Source of the DNA: Octopus sinensis
Taxonomy: Eukaryota
Direction of reading: 5' to 3'
Assembly: GCF_006345805.1 (NCBI RefSeq)
Contig: NC_043020.1
Span: 14,818,001 to 14,882,000, forward strand
DNA length: 64,000 bases
Under the pieces are notes generated by a model. It saw only the letters and a list, made by a program, of their open reading frames with translations. It had not been told where the DNA came from and did no database searches. A program made the translations under genes and the position numbers. Positions within the stretch are counted from its first letter, which is position 1. The number at the start of each line of letters is the position of its first letter. Positions 24,983 to 37,927 of the stretch are shown here, one piece after another.

Positions 24983-25385
24983 GGCGTAGGAGTGGCTGTG
25001 TGGTAAGTAGCTTGTTTACGAACCACATAGTTCCAGGTTCAGTCCCACTGCATGGCACCTTGGGCAAGTGTCTTCTACTATAGCCTCGGGTCAACCAAAG
25101 CTTTGTGAGTGGATTTGGTAGACAGAAACTGAAAGAAGCCCGCCGTATATATGTATATATATATGTGTGTGTGTGTGTATGTTTGTCTCCCCCCCCCCTC
25201 CCAACATCGCTTAACAACTGATGCTGGTGTGTTTACGTCACCGTAACTTAGCGGTTTGGCAAAAGCGATCGATAGAATAAGTACTAGGCTCACAAAGAAT
25301 AAGTCCTGGGGTCGATTTACTCGACTAAAGGCGGTGCTCCAGCATGCCCACAGTCAAATGACTGAAACAAGTAAAATAGTAAATA
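24983..25385 (+). mobile_element. SINE family A
   Basis: A/B-box head, microsatellite middle, GTAAAA tail. Confidence 0.88.
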
Positions 25386-27384
25386 GTAGTAGTATAGCTG
25401 CATATACGGCTCAAGAGTAATGATTGCAGGCCAAGTAATGGACAGAACTGGCTGCACCTTCTTTTTCTATGTGTGTTGTTCAAGACCACTTTACCAGGAA
25501 TCCAGCAGATATGACATTTAACCTTTTCTCACTGTAGTAGGAATATGGCATGACAGGGTTAAAGTCAATAGTGTGTGATTTAAGAGATATTTAGTTGCTA
25601 TTTGTTGCAGGTTAAGTAACTATGGAGCGGTTCCCTTGTTGGCTCAGTTATTTAGCAATATATGTATTTTAGAATTATTTTACTTGAACAATCAAAACTG
25701 AATCACATAATTTGTTGAATGAGAGTTTAGTTCCACTGTTGGTGACATTGCAAATCTACCCAGAACACTCTGTGAAGTGGTCAATGAATAAAGCAAGACA
25801 TGGCATCAAGAGGACCCTTTAGGCTTGGTTAAATCACTAGTGCTAGGTACCATGAAAAAAATGTACCCAATACATTCTGTAAAGTAGTTGGTGTTAGGAA
25901 GGGCATCCAGCCATAGAACCACACCCTGAAAATGAAAGTGCCAATTTGAACCATGGTAACCAGTTCGTCCTATACCTGTATGGTATGGGTTGGATGTTTA
26001 GAATAGTTTAACTCTTTGTAGTGTATAATGCCGCTCTACAGTGGTGTTCATTCCTCCTCAATAGTGAAATATAGCAACATTCTGCAGTTGAGTTTATCTC
26101 CTCTCTGTTTGCTCAATCAGGTCTAAGTTTCCTTCTTGAGTCATACTGACTCATAAGGGCCAGTTTTCTGGTTTCCATGGCGTATATATTCCCTACTTGG
26201 ATGGGATGCCGATCCATCATAGGATTACTTATTTTTGCCAGCTGAGTGGACAGGAGCAACGTGAAATGAAGTCTTTTGTTCAAGAACACAATGCATCGCC
26301 TAATCCAGGAATCGAAACCACAATCTTATTATGACGAGTCCAACACCCTAACCACTAAGCCATGCACCTCCACTCAATCAAGTCTGACCTGAGGTGAAAT
26401 AACATCTTACTAAAGGATCTGTATGAATGCAAAAAATCTTAGTTGGTAACTGTAGTTGCGTTGCAGTATTTGACCAATTTAAACACTGCACCACAACATA
26501 AACAAGTGCTATGATGGAGTAGAGCTTAACTCTGCATATAATAAAAGTACCTTACAAGGTACTTTTGCATCACAAAAGGAAGCTCAGCATTCAGGTGGCT
26601 TATGTTTCTATAACCAAAGCCAGAAACTGTATAATATAATGTTTCAAAATATATTGAAAAATTTTTTAAACTTAACACAAGATTCCTTCAGTGTATTGAT
26701 CTTTTCTTTTAAGTTACACAATCAATAGCAATTGTATTTCCAGTCATAGTTGTGGCCAGTGCTGGTGACACGTGAAAGGAACCTGTGCTGGTAACTCATA
26801 AAAGGCACCTGTGCTGGTGACTCATAAAAGGCACCTGTGCTGGTGACATGTAAAAGGCACCTAGTACACTCAGTCGAGTGGTTGATGTTAGGAAGGGCAT
26901 CCAGCTGTAGAAACTAAGCCCAAACAAACAAATGGAGCCTGGTACAGCTACTCCAGCTTACCATCTTCAGTCAAACTGTCTAACCCATGCCAGCATGGAA
27001 AATAGACGTTGATGATGATGATGATGATGATGAAGCCTAATAATACACTCTGGTCACACACTTATTGTTTATTTAGGGTTAACCAATGGACTTCTCAAAC
27101 TGAAAGTTGAAAAGATCAACAGTTTTAAACCTTTCATCAATGCTCAACTTGATCTGTCATGATAACATTTAAACACTGCACCACAACATAAACAAGTGCT
27201 ATGACAGAGGAGAGCTCAACTCTGTATATAATAAAAGTACCTTACAAGATTGAGCCAGAACCCTTCCAGGTCTCTAGAAACAGCAAACCTAGAATCCATT
27301 CTAGTCGTGTGTGGTACCTCTTTGGGTTAACGGACATTAATCTTTATTCTTCAATTAACCTCCATTAGCAGCATACTCTCCAGA

Positions 27385-28430
27385 TCTATGAACATTGATG
27401 ACAAAGTCAAAATATGCATCACAAAGGGAAGCTCACCATTCAGGTGGCTACATGAATCAGTATGTGAGAGGAGAGGCATTAAGCTGGCCACCAAGTTGAA
27501 GGTGTACCAAGCAGTTGTACTACCTACACTACTGATTACCTATGAGACTGGAATGGTTTATGAATCCCACACCAAACAGCTAAACCTATTTCTTTACTAC
27601 CCACAAGGGGCTAAACACAGAGAATACAAACAAGGACAGACAAACGGATTAAGTCGATTATATCGACCCCAGTGTGTAACTGGTACTTTATTTTTCGACC
27701 CTGAAAGGATGAAAGGCAAAGTCGACCTCGGCGGAATTTGAACTCAGAACGTAGCGGCAGACGAAATACCTATTTCTTTATTACCCACAAGGGGCTAAAC
27801 ATAGAGGGGACAAACAAGGACAGACATAGGTATTAAGTCGATTACATCGACCCCAGTGCGTAACTGGTACTTAATTTATTGACCCTGAAAGGATGAAAGG
27901 CAAAGTCGACCTCGGCGGAATTTGAACTCACAACGTAACAGCAGATGAAATACCGCAAAGCATTTCACCTGGCGTGCTAACGCTTCTGCCAGCTCGCTGC
28001 CATATGAACTGCCTGAGAAATCTGTTGAAAATCACCTGGCAGGACAACATCCCAGACACGAAGATCCTCTTTTGAGCTGATCTGCCAAGCATGTACACAC
28101 TACTAAGGTGAGTGCAAGTTAAATAGGCAGGTCACCTTTGTTCGAATGCCTGACACACGACTACCCAAAAGACTGTTTTACAGTGAGCAGGCATAGCTGC
28201 ACCAACAAAGGTGTCACCTCCTACAAACAAAACCAGATCGCAGGAGCACAAGGAAAACGTGAGCTGTGCAAGTTCAGGACCAACTCCTTGCCTTCATTCC
28301 CAGTGGGCCACCAGTGCCCAACTTGCAGCCAAACCTGATGAGCACACATCAGCCACAGCCAGACTCACCATGACCCATCTTCTCCCCATATGATGTCCTG
28401 GGTCATCGACAACAATGCACAAACCATAAT
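27385..28430 (+). mobile_element. RTE-type LINE fragment interrupted by a SINE family B dimer (~27586-28003, minus strand)
   Basis: GIKLATKLKVYQAVVLPTLL before, and CLRNLLKITWQDNIPD...RMPDTRLPKRLFY after the SINE pair. Confidence 0.8.
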
Positions 28431-28454
28431 TAAAATCAGTCAAGAATAATAAAC

Positions 28455-28626
28455 AGGCGCAGGAGTGGCTGTGTGGTAAGTAGCTTGCTAACCAACTACA
28501 TGGTTCCGGGTTCAGTCCCACTGCGCGGCATCTTGGGCAAGTGTCTTCTGCTATAGCCCCGGGCCGACCAATGCCTTGTGAGTGGATTTGGTAGACGGAA
28601 ACTGAAAGAAGTCTGTCGTATATATG

Positions 28627-28659
<33 letters not shown>

Positions 28660-28866
28660 TTGTGTGTCTGTGTTTGTCCCCCTAGCATTGCTTGACAGCC
28701 GATGCTGGTGTGTTTACGTCCCTGTCACTTAGCGGTTCGGCAAAAGAGACCGATAGAATAAGTACTGGGCTTACAAAGAATAAGTCCCGGGGTCAATTTG
28801 CTCGACTAAAGGCGGTGCTCCAGCATGGCCACAGTCAAATGACTGAAACAAGTAAAAAGAGTAAAA
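28455..28866 (+). mobile_element. SINE family A, young-looking, ending ~20 bp from a PHYHD1 donor
   Basis: Near identical to copies at 538-940 and 32300-32708. Confidence 0.9.
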
Positions 28867-28885
28867 AAGGGTAATTTATACAAAC

Positions 28886-29012
28886 CAGTTTTTGGAGCAG
28901 TATTCACTTTTGCCTTTGTCGTACATGTGGAATGTGTAAGCATGCCTAGATTCTGAAGAGACATTCTTCTCACTTCTGTGAACAACCAGTCCATGTATAA
29001 GAACAAGTGAAC
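28886..29012 (-). CDS. PHYHD1: PHYHD1 exon (GSLVLIHGLVVHRSEKNVSSESRHAYTFHMYDKGKSEYCSKNW)
   Basis: TTCCAG|GT...TG|GTTTGT, 127 nt; carries the distal Fe-binding His (VVHRS) and the 2-oxoglutarate-binding Arg (SRHAY). Confidence 0.95.
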
Positions 29013-30182
29013 CTGGAATAAATCAGGAAATAAAGAAATCCACTTTAGAGTTTGTAGTTATTGCATGTGATATGTAATATAACAAGTAAAATATTGGTTG
29101 CCAATGACAGTCAAATTAAGATCTCAATACAGTGAGGTAAAAAAATCCAATTAATTAATAATAATTATTTAGTGATGGGAAGCAAAATGAGTTCCAAGTA
29201 TAATATAAATTTGAATCTGATTTTGGCAAGTAAGGGAGACAACTCTGAACATATTTCAGCCTTAGTAGACCTCATCAAGAAAGAATAGACTTCTATATAT
29301 TAGTCAGATTAATGCAAGGACAATCACTACACGAACAGCAGTCTGTGTGGATGTGTGTGACTTGTTGCGAAGTAAGTCAATTCTGTAACACCTCAGCTGC
29401 TGGCTACTACATAGAACTATTTTTTCTAATAATTTCCCTTTCAGATACATTAAAAAATTATAGAGAACAAAATATTTTAACAACTAGAAACAAGTTATTT
29501 AATAATAATCCTTTCTTCAATAGGAACAAGGCCTGAAATTTTCTGAGATGGAGGCTTCTCAATTTCATTGTCCCCAATGCTCAACTAGTACTGTTTATAT
29601 TGACTATGAAAGGATGAAAAGTTAAGTCTACTACAGCAGAATTTGAAATCAGAACATAAAGCCAAAAGAGATGTTGTGAAGCATTTCGTCCAGCATGCTA
29701 ACGATTCTGCTAGCTCACTGCCTTACTACAAATTATGGTAATGAGCTTATTGTATTCAGTGCTCAAGTGTGTTACAACAGGTCAACTTTGACTGAGCAGA
29801 ACTTATTTCTTTATTGCCCACAAGGGGCTAAACATAGAGGGGACAAACAAGGACAAACAAACGGATTAAGTTGATTACATCGACCTCAGTACATAATTGG
29901 TACTTAATTTATCGACCCCAAAAGGATGAAAGACAAAGTCGACCTCGGCGGAATTTGAACTCAGAACGTAACAGCAGACGAAATACGGCTACGCATTTCA
30001 CCTGGTGCGCTAACGTTTCTGCCAGCTCGCCACCTTTGACTGAGCAGAACTGTGACTGAAAACACTCCAGCCTTAAGCTAACATCTAATGCAGATATCTA
30101 GGACTTCATTATCTAATGTGTCTTGCTACCTAATATTTTTTTACGCTGCTTTTGCAGATTCCCATACCTCTCTGTTACCATT

Positions 30183-30880
30183 CAGTTCCATTATGAATTA
30201 GAATTGGGACCTTGATTCATAGTGAATCTTTCACTAGCTAATTGCACAACCATGGACGCCACCCCTATCGATGTGTTGCAGTTACTCTCTTGATAGAGCT
30301 TGCTGATCCTGACTATTGATGTTGTAGGATTCCTCTGCTCAGCATCAATGTAAGAACCACTGTTGGCGCAGTTGGGATCTTCTGCTAACTCTTCACAATC
30401 TACCATGCTGCAGGCCCATGACTTTGCCCTATCCTTAGCAGGGTGGCTGAATGGGTGGCGGCGAGCTGGCAGAACCATTAGTACGCCGGGCAAAATGCTC
30501 AGCAGTATTTTGTCTGTCGCTACGTTCTGAGTTCAAATTCCACTGAGGTTGACTTTGCCTTTCATCCTTTCGGGGTCGATTAAATAAGAACCAGTTACGC
30601 ACTGGGGTCGATATAATCGACTGTCTGTCGCTACGTTCTGAGTTCAAATTCCGCCGAGGTTGACTTTGCCTTTCATCCTTTCGGGGTCGATTAAATAAGT
30701 ACCAGTTACGCACTGGGGTCGATATAATCGACTGAATCCGTTTGTCTGTTCTTGTTTGTCCCTTCTGTGTTTAGCCCTTTATGGGTAGTAAAGAAATAGG
30801 TATGCCTTGCCAAAGGGCAACCTGTAACTATACAGGTTCACTCCATGAGGTATTTTCAAAATATCCGCATACACGTACCT
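30183..30880 (-). mobile_element. Unclassified interspersed repeat split by a SINE B insertion (~30456-30800); second copy at ~40725-41040(+)
   Basis: Shared blocks CTGCAGCATGGTRGATTGTGAAGAG, TTCTTACATTGAWGCTGAGCAGAGG, CCCTTTGGCAAGGCATA. Confidence 0.65.
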
Positions 30881-31076
30881 AAGCTAATAAGGTGTTATTC
30901 TAGAGCAATTTTGGTTGCTATTCTAGCCATTTAAGTGACTGAATAGAAATGTTATTTCACAGAAAAGTAATTAGTTTAATTACATCTATTCATTCTAATT
31001 AAGTTGTTCATGTTCTTGAAAAAAACGAGAGTTACTTTATACTTTATCTTGTCTTCAGTTCTAAATCTGAGTTATG

Positions 31077-31400
31077 TGAAGGCATATGGCTTAGTGGTTA
31101 AGGTATTTGACTCATGATCGCTAGATGGTGAGTTCGATTCTTGTCAGCAAATTGTGCCTTTGAGTAAGACGCTTTATTTCATGTTGTTCCAGTCCACTCA
31201 GCTGGCAAAAATGAGTAGAACCAGTATTTCAAAGGGCCAGCCTTGTCACATTCGGTGTCGCACTGAATCTCCCTGAGAACTACATTAAGGGTATGTGTGT
31301 CTCTGGAATGCTCAGCCACTTACATATTAATTTCATAAGCAGGCTGTTCTATTGATCAGATCAACTGGAACCCTTGTCATCGTAATTAAGGGAGTGCTAG
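31077..31400 (+). mobile_element. tRNA-derived SINE family D
   Basis: TGGCTTAGTGG A box, GAGTTCGATTC B box; related copies at 6710-6970(-), 26090-26375(-), 41700-41975(-), 45027-45415(+), 49810-50050(-), 51165-51405(-). Confidence 0.75.
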
Positions 31401-31544
31401 TTTTATTTTATTTCATTTTATTTATTTATTTAAAAAAATATTTTTATAAATCTGAGTTGTGATGTGAAAAATGTAAAAAATGAAAACTTTATTATAGTGG
31501 TTGTCTTTGAATTAAAGAAAGCAGACAAAATATATCAGAATAAC

Positions 31545-31664
31545 CTTTTTCTACTTCAATATCTTTGAAATCTTTGTCTTCATAAGTGGGGGGAGTTCCA
31601 ACCATGATAGTTCCATGTTCAGTGTCAGGGTTCAGCACCATCCTTTGGTCATTGTGAAGGCCAC
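31545..31664 (-). CDS. PHYHD1: PHYHD1 exon (SGLHNDQRMVLNPDTEHGTIMVGTPPTYEDKDFKDIEVEKG)
   Basis: AATTAG|GT...G|GTTATT, 120 nt, phases 1/1 match both neighbours. Confidence 0.88.
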
Positions 31665-31805
31665 CTAATTGAAGACAGATTATAAAGAGAAAACAGGTTT
31701 CTGGTTGAACTTTTACAGATGAAATTTCACATAGAATAACTTGTCAATTTGGGGTTAAGTTGATTTGGAATTTCTTTTTGTGCAACGAAAATTACATACA
31801 AACAG

Positions 31806-31844
<39 letters not shown>

Positions 31845-32299
31845 TACATTGATAGGCACAGGTGTGGCTGTGTGGGAAGAAGCTTGCTTCCCAATTACAT
31901 GATTTTGGGTTCAGTCCCACTATGTGACACCTTGGGCAGGTGTTTTCTACAATAGCTTCAGGCCAGCCAAAGCCTTGTGAGTGGATTTGGTAGACAGAAA
32001 CTGAAAGAAGCCCATCATGTGTGTGTGTGTGTGTTTGTCTTCCACCATCACTTGACAACTGGTGATGGTGTGCTTTAGTTCCCATAACTTAGCAGTTCAG
32101 CAAAAAGAGACCAATAGAATAAGTACCAAACATAAGCTAAAAATAAGAACGGGGATCAATTCGTCTGATTAAAACTTCTTCAAGTCAGTGCTCCAGCATG
32201 GCCACTGTAAGAGGTCTTGCCTACTTGTTAATGTGATGAAACTTTATTATGAGAGACTTAGAGAGGCAGAAAAAGGGGAGCTACTAAAAGTTAGTAAAA

Positions 32300-32708
32300 C
32301 AGACGCAGGAGTGGCTGTGTGGTAAGTAGCTTGCTAACCAACCACATGGTTCCGGGTTCAGTCCCACTGCGTGGCATCTTGGGCAAGTGTCTTCTGCTAT
32401 AGCCCCGGGCCGACCAATGCCTTGTGAGTGGATTTGGTAGACGGAAACTGAAAGAAGCCTGTCGTATATATATATATATAAGTGTGTGTGAATATGTTTG
32501 TGTGTCTGTGTTTGTTCCCCTAGCATTGCTTGACAACCGATGCTGGTGTGTTTACGTCCCCGTCACTTAGCGGTTCGGCAAAAGAGACCGATAGAATAAG
32601 TACTGGGCTTACAAAGAATAAGTCCCGGGGTCGATTTGCTTGACTAAAGGCGGTGCTCCAGCATGGCCGCAGTCAAATGACTGAAACAAGCAAGTAAAGA
32701 GTAAAGAG
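32300..32708 (+). mobile_element. SINE family A
   Basis: Full-length, CpG-retaining copy. Confidence 0.9.
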
Positions 32709-32922
32709 ACACAGAAATAATGAACAAGACAGAGATACAGTGAAAGAGATTGAAGGACAGAAATAGTGAAAGAAAAACGATAAGGAATGAAAAATCTAGA
32801 ATTTATTTATTTAGTTTTGTAAGACAATTCTATTCAGATTAATTACATTGAAATTTTCATTAATTTCCTCATCTATTTTTTAATCTTTCCTCTCTTTTAA
32901 AAAAAGTCTCCTCTCAATAATT

Positions 32923-33320
32923 TGTAACAGGATCTGTATCAATTCACTGAAAGGGTGTCGATCCGATCCAGTCACATACAATTTAGTAAGACATAACAGA
33001 CGAAGTCAGGTTATAGGTGAAAGACAGCAGTTCGTTTATTAATTGCGATGGCGTACGTGTATCTGATGGGAGAACGACAGCCTCTGATGTACAGCTTCTT
33101 CTTGTTCGTTTGTTGAAGTGGTTCGATGTCGTTCGCGGCTAAGTCGGTGAGGTTATCAGAGTCCACAAAATGCACGTCTGTTCGCGCTGGCCGTCTGCCC
33201 AGAGAGAATGATTTGAGTTTAGCGGGCCTAAGGGATCGTTTCCCGCATATGCGCATGGGGAAGACTTCCGGTGGCCACCCGGAAGTAGTCCCATTCTGCG
33301 CATGCGCGCTGAACCCTACA
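32923..33320 (-). mobile_element. Probable solo LTR (398 bp, TGT...ACA), CpG-rich
   Basis: Minus strand TGTAGGG...GTTACA; GC/CpG-rich 5' third, AATAAA at 33040-33035; no TSD found. Confidence 0.65.
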
Positions 33321-33803
33321 CAGTAGCATCACTTCAAATTTCTACAAATTTTCTACATTTTCTGTTCCATATTAGCTTGAGTTGGGTTGGATTATAATCC
33401 AACTCCAAATTATAATTATAATTAAAATTTTCATAGAGCAGGGAGATGTGTTTACTAAGCAGACTACACAGTAACTCATTTATGTGTAATGCTAAGATCA
33501 TGCAATCATTTTGATGATATGCAAACGTGGCAGATATTGATGAACAAGACAAGCTTCATGCAAGGTGAAGTCAATAAAAGTGTTCCTTATTAATTTATGG
33601 CCTTGTACTGAAGAAATAAATAAAACATGACATACTAATACTCTAAAATATTCAGTAAAACAACTAATAACGTCTCATAATCTGTGGTTTGTTAGAGACT
33701 TCATGGATTTGTGAATTTGGAGCAAAGCTAACTGAAAGGAGTTCCTTCCCCTTGAAAATATTTGAACTCATCATTGAAAGCTAATTTAATATGGATGAAT
33801 TAA

Positions 33804-34868
33804 CCCTTTCATTACTATATTTCTGACCAAAATATACCCCTTATGTGTTTCAATTAATTTCTAATGTAATCATAAATTTAGTCTGGTTTCATTAAACAAC
33901 TATAACTTTTTTATTTATTAATATATTAACGTGAATTTTGGAAGATAATTTAATGAAATGTTCTCAACCAATTCTATACTATAATTTTTGTCACAAAGTG
34001 ACTCTAATTGCAGGTAGATACAGGTAAATTCAACAAAATATAAAATTATTAAAATTTTGTTCAAACATCGCTATAGAAAATGGGTTATTAGCTAATATTC
34101 AATTGGGTATACAACAAAATTTTACGATAGAATTTGTTATTCTGGGTAACTTTCTGAACCCATAATAATATTTATGGCAAAATAGTCTTAATTTCATTTA
34201 AGGTTATGGGAAACCACTTTCTTTCATTTTGTTTACATTTAGAGTAACGGTTCGTTTCCACCGTAATGATTTCAAATAGGCTCATTCGAAAAAGTAAAAA
34301 GAAATAGTCTAAGGCTTTACTCTCTTGGGAAAGTCTGTGGCTTGGTCCAGTTTCTTCAGAAAAATCACCGAAAGAAACAGTTTTTCAATTTTCACTCCAT
34401 TCAGGTGTCAATTCATTTTCTTTATCGCTGTTGGAGCTCTCGGATTCACTGTTTTCACTTTCGGAAAATGAAACATCAGATTCATTATCAAATACCACAT
34501 GCTTTTTTTTTTCAGTCATAGAGTTAGATTTATGAAGGTCTTCAGTAGAAAATCCTTCGAATTCTGACTCGCTGCTTGATATAATGAAATTCGTATCCAT
34601 TTTTTGTCAGAAATACAAATTTTGAAAACACAATAGGAACAAATTTCGGAAAAAAATCTCTCAAAATTCACGGAATTAAAATTACACTTCGATTTTTGTA
34701 CAAAACTGTAGTTGAACTCTTTATGAAGTATAATACGTGTTTTCACGAATGTACTAAAGAGATTTGCTTTGATATTCTCATTTAAATATGAATAAGTAAA
34801 TTCGGGCAGTTTTGGGCGGCTTGGTCACATTAACCAAAATTTTTTCGGGCGGTTTGGTAACGAAAGGG
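33804..34868 (-). mobile_element. Non-autonomous piggyBac deletion derivative with a transposase N-terminal remnant
   Basis: TTAA flanks; TIR CCCTTTCRTTACY; peptide MDTNFIISSSESEFEGFS...EWSEN*...EETGPS...ALDYFFLLF...LFEIITVETNRY...WFPITLNEIK, frameshift, AINIIMG (PGBD4-like). Confidence 0.9.
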
Positions 34869-36019
34869 TTAAATAACGTCCTTGTCCCTAGCATTGCTGA
34901 CAACAGTGAATTGTATCGCAACATCACACTTAATCACAACAAAATAAAGAAGGGACAGCAAGAATTAAACATCTTGCCTCTAAGCATATATTTTACCTTT
35001 ATACAGTTGAGGCCATGAGCAACTGAAGCTAATGTGGTGGCTTTTCTATAACATAAACAAAATGTCGGGCAGTCACTACTTCTACCTTTGAAGGCTTCCG
35101 CTGGACAGGTCACCAATTCTTCATGAAGTTAACTCCAGTTGTTGCTGGTATTGATTTTCAGCTAAGTGGTTTGGAACAATGTTAAATGAAGTACCTTAGC
35201 TCAAAACGCAAAGCACAGTCATACCTAGGAATCAAATGCCTGACCTTACAACTAGGCCATGTGCTCTCATTAAATTAGTTTTGCTTTCAGCTCATTTAAT
35301 CTGGCAGGTTAGTGATTCAGAAGGTGGCGAGCTGGCAGAATCGTTAGTACGCCGGGCGAAATGCTTACCGGTATTTCATCTGCCGTTACGTTCTGAGTTC
35401 AAATTCCGCCAAGGTCGACTTTGCCTTTCATCCTTTCGGGGTCGATATATAAAGTACCAGTTACGCACTGGGGTCGATATAATCGACTTAATCCATTTGT
35501 CTGTCCTTGTTTGTCCCCTCTGTGTTTAGCCCCTTGTGGGTAGTAAAGAAATAGGTTAGTGATTCAGTAATGTATAAGGCATCTTCAATAAGAAAACTCA
35601 CTAACCTAACCATGACATGTTATACAAGTTAAACATTGGTTTCAAATTTTGGCACAAGGCCAGGCAGATGACAGAGGGGGTAAGTCAATTACATCAACCC
35701 CAGTGTTCAATTGGTACTTATTTTATTAACCCTGAGAGGATGAAAAGCAAAATCAATCTTGGTGGAATTTGAACTCAGAATGTGATGATAGAAGAAATGC
35801 CACTATGCATTTTGCCCGGCATGCTAACAATTCTGCCAGCTTGTTGCCTTATATAAGCTAAATATTGACCAGTATGTGTAAGTTAGAGATTAACCAAGTT
35901 ATGCTTTCAGATAAACATAGTAACTAAAGTGTAGTATACACACTATCCACTAATGAAAATCTACTAATTAAGATATACCATGATAACTGCATGTTAATAT
36001 GTGCTAGATAAGCTAACCT

Positions 36020-36246
36020 TTAACCCTTTAGTGTTCAGATTATTCTATCAAACATAATGCTTATTGATTCCCATTGATTTGAATTAATAATGCATTATCT
36101 CATATCTTCAAGATCTTGATGGTGTAATTACTTAATGTAGAATAACATTGTAGGGTAAGTGTGAGAGCCTGGATCTGGTCAGTTTGAACATAAAACAGAT
36201 TAACTATTTCGGCCGGATATGGCCGGTTTAAATACTAAAGGGTTAA
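36020..36246. mobile_element. piggyBac-type MITE, second family (TTAACCCTTTAG...CTAAAGGGTTAA)
   Basis: Copies also at about 51880-52106 and 52197-52424. Confidence 0.85.
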
Positions 36247-36779
36247 CATAATAATTGTTTCAAATATATGTACACTTTGTAAAAATGTTTGGTGTCATGA
36301 AGGGCATCCAGCTGTAGAAACCATGCCAAAACAGACAAATGGAGCCTGATCAGTTCACCAGCTGGCCAACTCCTGTGAAACCGTTTAACCTATGCCAGTA
36401 TGGAGAATAGACGTTAAATAATGGTGATGATGATGATAAAGATGATAGACTGATACTTTATTTTATTGGTCCAGGAGAGATGAAAGGCAAAGTTGGGCTT
36501 GATGGGATTTGAATTCAGAACATAATGAACCACAACGAATAACACAAGGCACTTTCTCTGGCACTTTGTTTGACATTTTAATAATTCTGCTAATTCACCA
36601 TTTTAAACTCTGACTTAAATATTGAGTAATATATCTATTATACATTTCCTTATTAATAAACTCTAACAAATCTGATACTAATTGCTTGTAAGTTTTAAAA
36701 CTTTAAAGAAATATGTTTCATTCAACACACGAACAAAGGATAAAAAGATTTTAATGAAAATATATTTTAAGATATTTAC

Positions 36780-36905
36780 TTTTATGTGATCCAGGTATGT
36801 ATGCCAAACATCCATTTTCCCGAGTGGCATTTTGTAAAGGAAACCAGAAACCTAAAAGACTCATTGGTTCTGTATACAGGTATGTGCTGTCTTGATGTGC
36901 ATTCA
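36780..36905 (-). CDS. PHYHD1: PHYHD1 exon ([42 protein letters not shown])
   Basis: TTGTAG|TG...A|GTAAAT, 126 nt; HQD iron-binding motif and ENGCL..IPGSH PhyH signature. Confidence 0.96.
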
Positions 36906-37830
36906 CTACAAGTAAAATTGAAAGCATTGAATTCTCATTTTGTTCTGTCTTAAAAAAAATGTTTTGAGAAAGAAAGAAATCACCAAAAGTTTTAAAATTA
37001 AGTGAAAACTTTCAATAAGAAAACTTTTCTTTCCTTCGGCTTTTGTTGTCATTTGCTCATTGAGGTAGTCTGCAAAGGGGTTCATAGATGCTCTCCTTTT
37101 GCTCAAATGCTCAAAGTCCTGGCTGTGGTCATACACTGAGATTAATGTTACTGTCAAGGTGTCAATAGCTAACCTAAGCTTGATTATCTTACCCCTCACT
37201 CTGGCTACTTCAATTACTTTATCCATCTTATAGTTAATAGTACACCTACTGTACCCACTCCATTGCTGTTATACAACCTTGTACTATTGTTCCTTGCCTG
37301 TAAAGGTTTTTGCTGAGGACCTCTTCCATCTTACACAACAAACATCAACCCACCTCTACAATATCTATCTCTATCTGTTCTACCTTTTATTATGTTAACG
37401 TTTGCCAGCCTCGTCTTCCACCTGTGCCGGTGGCACATAAAAAGCACCCACTACACTCATGGAGTGGTTGGTGTTAGGAAGGGCATCCAGCCGTAGAAAC
37501 ATTGCCAGATCAGACTGGGCCTGGTGCAGCCTTCTGGCTTCCCAGACTCCAGTTGAACCGTCCAGCCCATGCCAGCATGGAAAGCGGACACTTAATAATG
37601 ATGATGATGATGATAGTGGCAGTTCTAAAGCTTTTGCCCTGTGAAGGAGATGGAAATATCCTGTGACTATTTCAAGTAACATATCTAAAAATGAAAAACA
37701 AAAGTCACTGTAGATAATTATTCAGGGACACTATTTTCATGTGAAGTTACTGTTGACATTTAATGACATGAAAAGATAACATTAGCTGAATAATTAATGT
37801 AATTTTAATCAATTAAAATATATAACTTAC

Positions 37831-37852
37831 CAGCATCACCAAAATGAGGTTG
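37831..37852 (-). CDS. PHYHD1: PHYHD1 22-nt microexon (QPHFGDA+G)
   Basis: TTTCAG|CAACCTCATTTTGGTGATGCTG|GTAAGT; supplies the conserved QPxFG and the needed phase 0 to 1 change. Confidence 0.9.
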
Positions 37853-37927
37853 CTGAAATATAACATCATAAAAACGAATTACTGACAAATTTGAAATAAA
37901 GGTTGTATTTATCATATTTATTTAATG

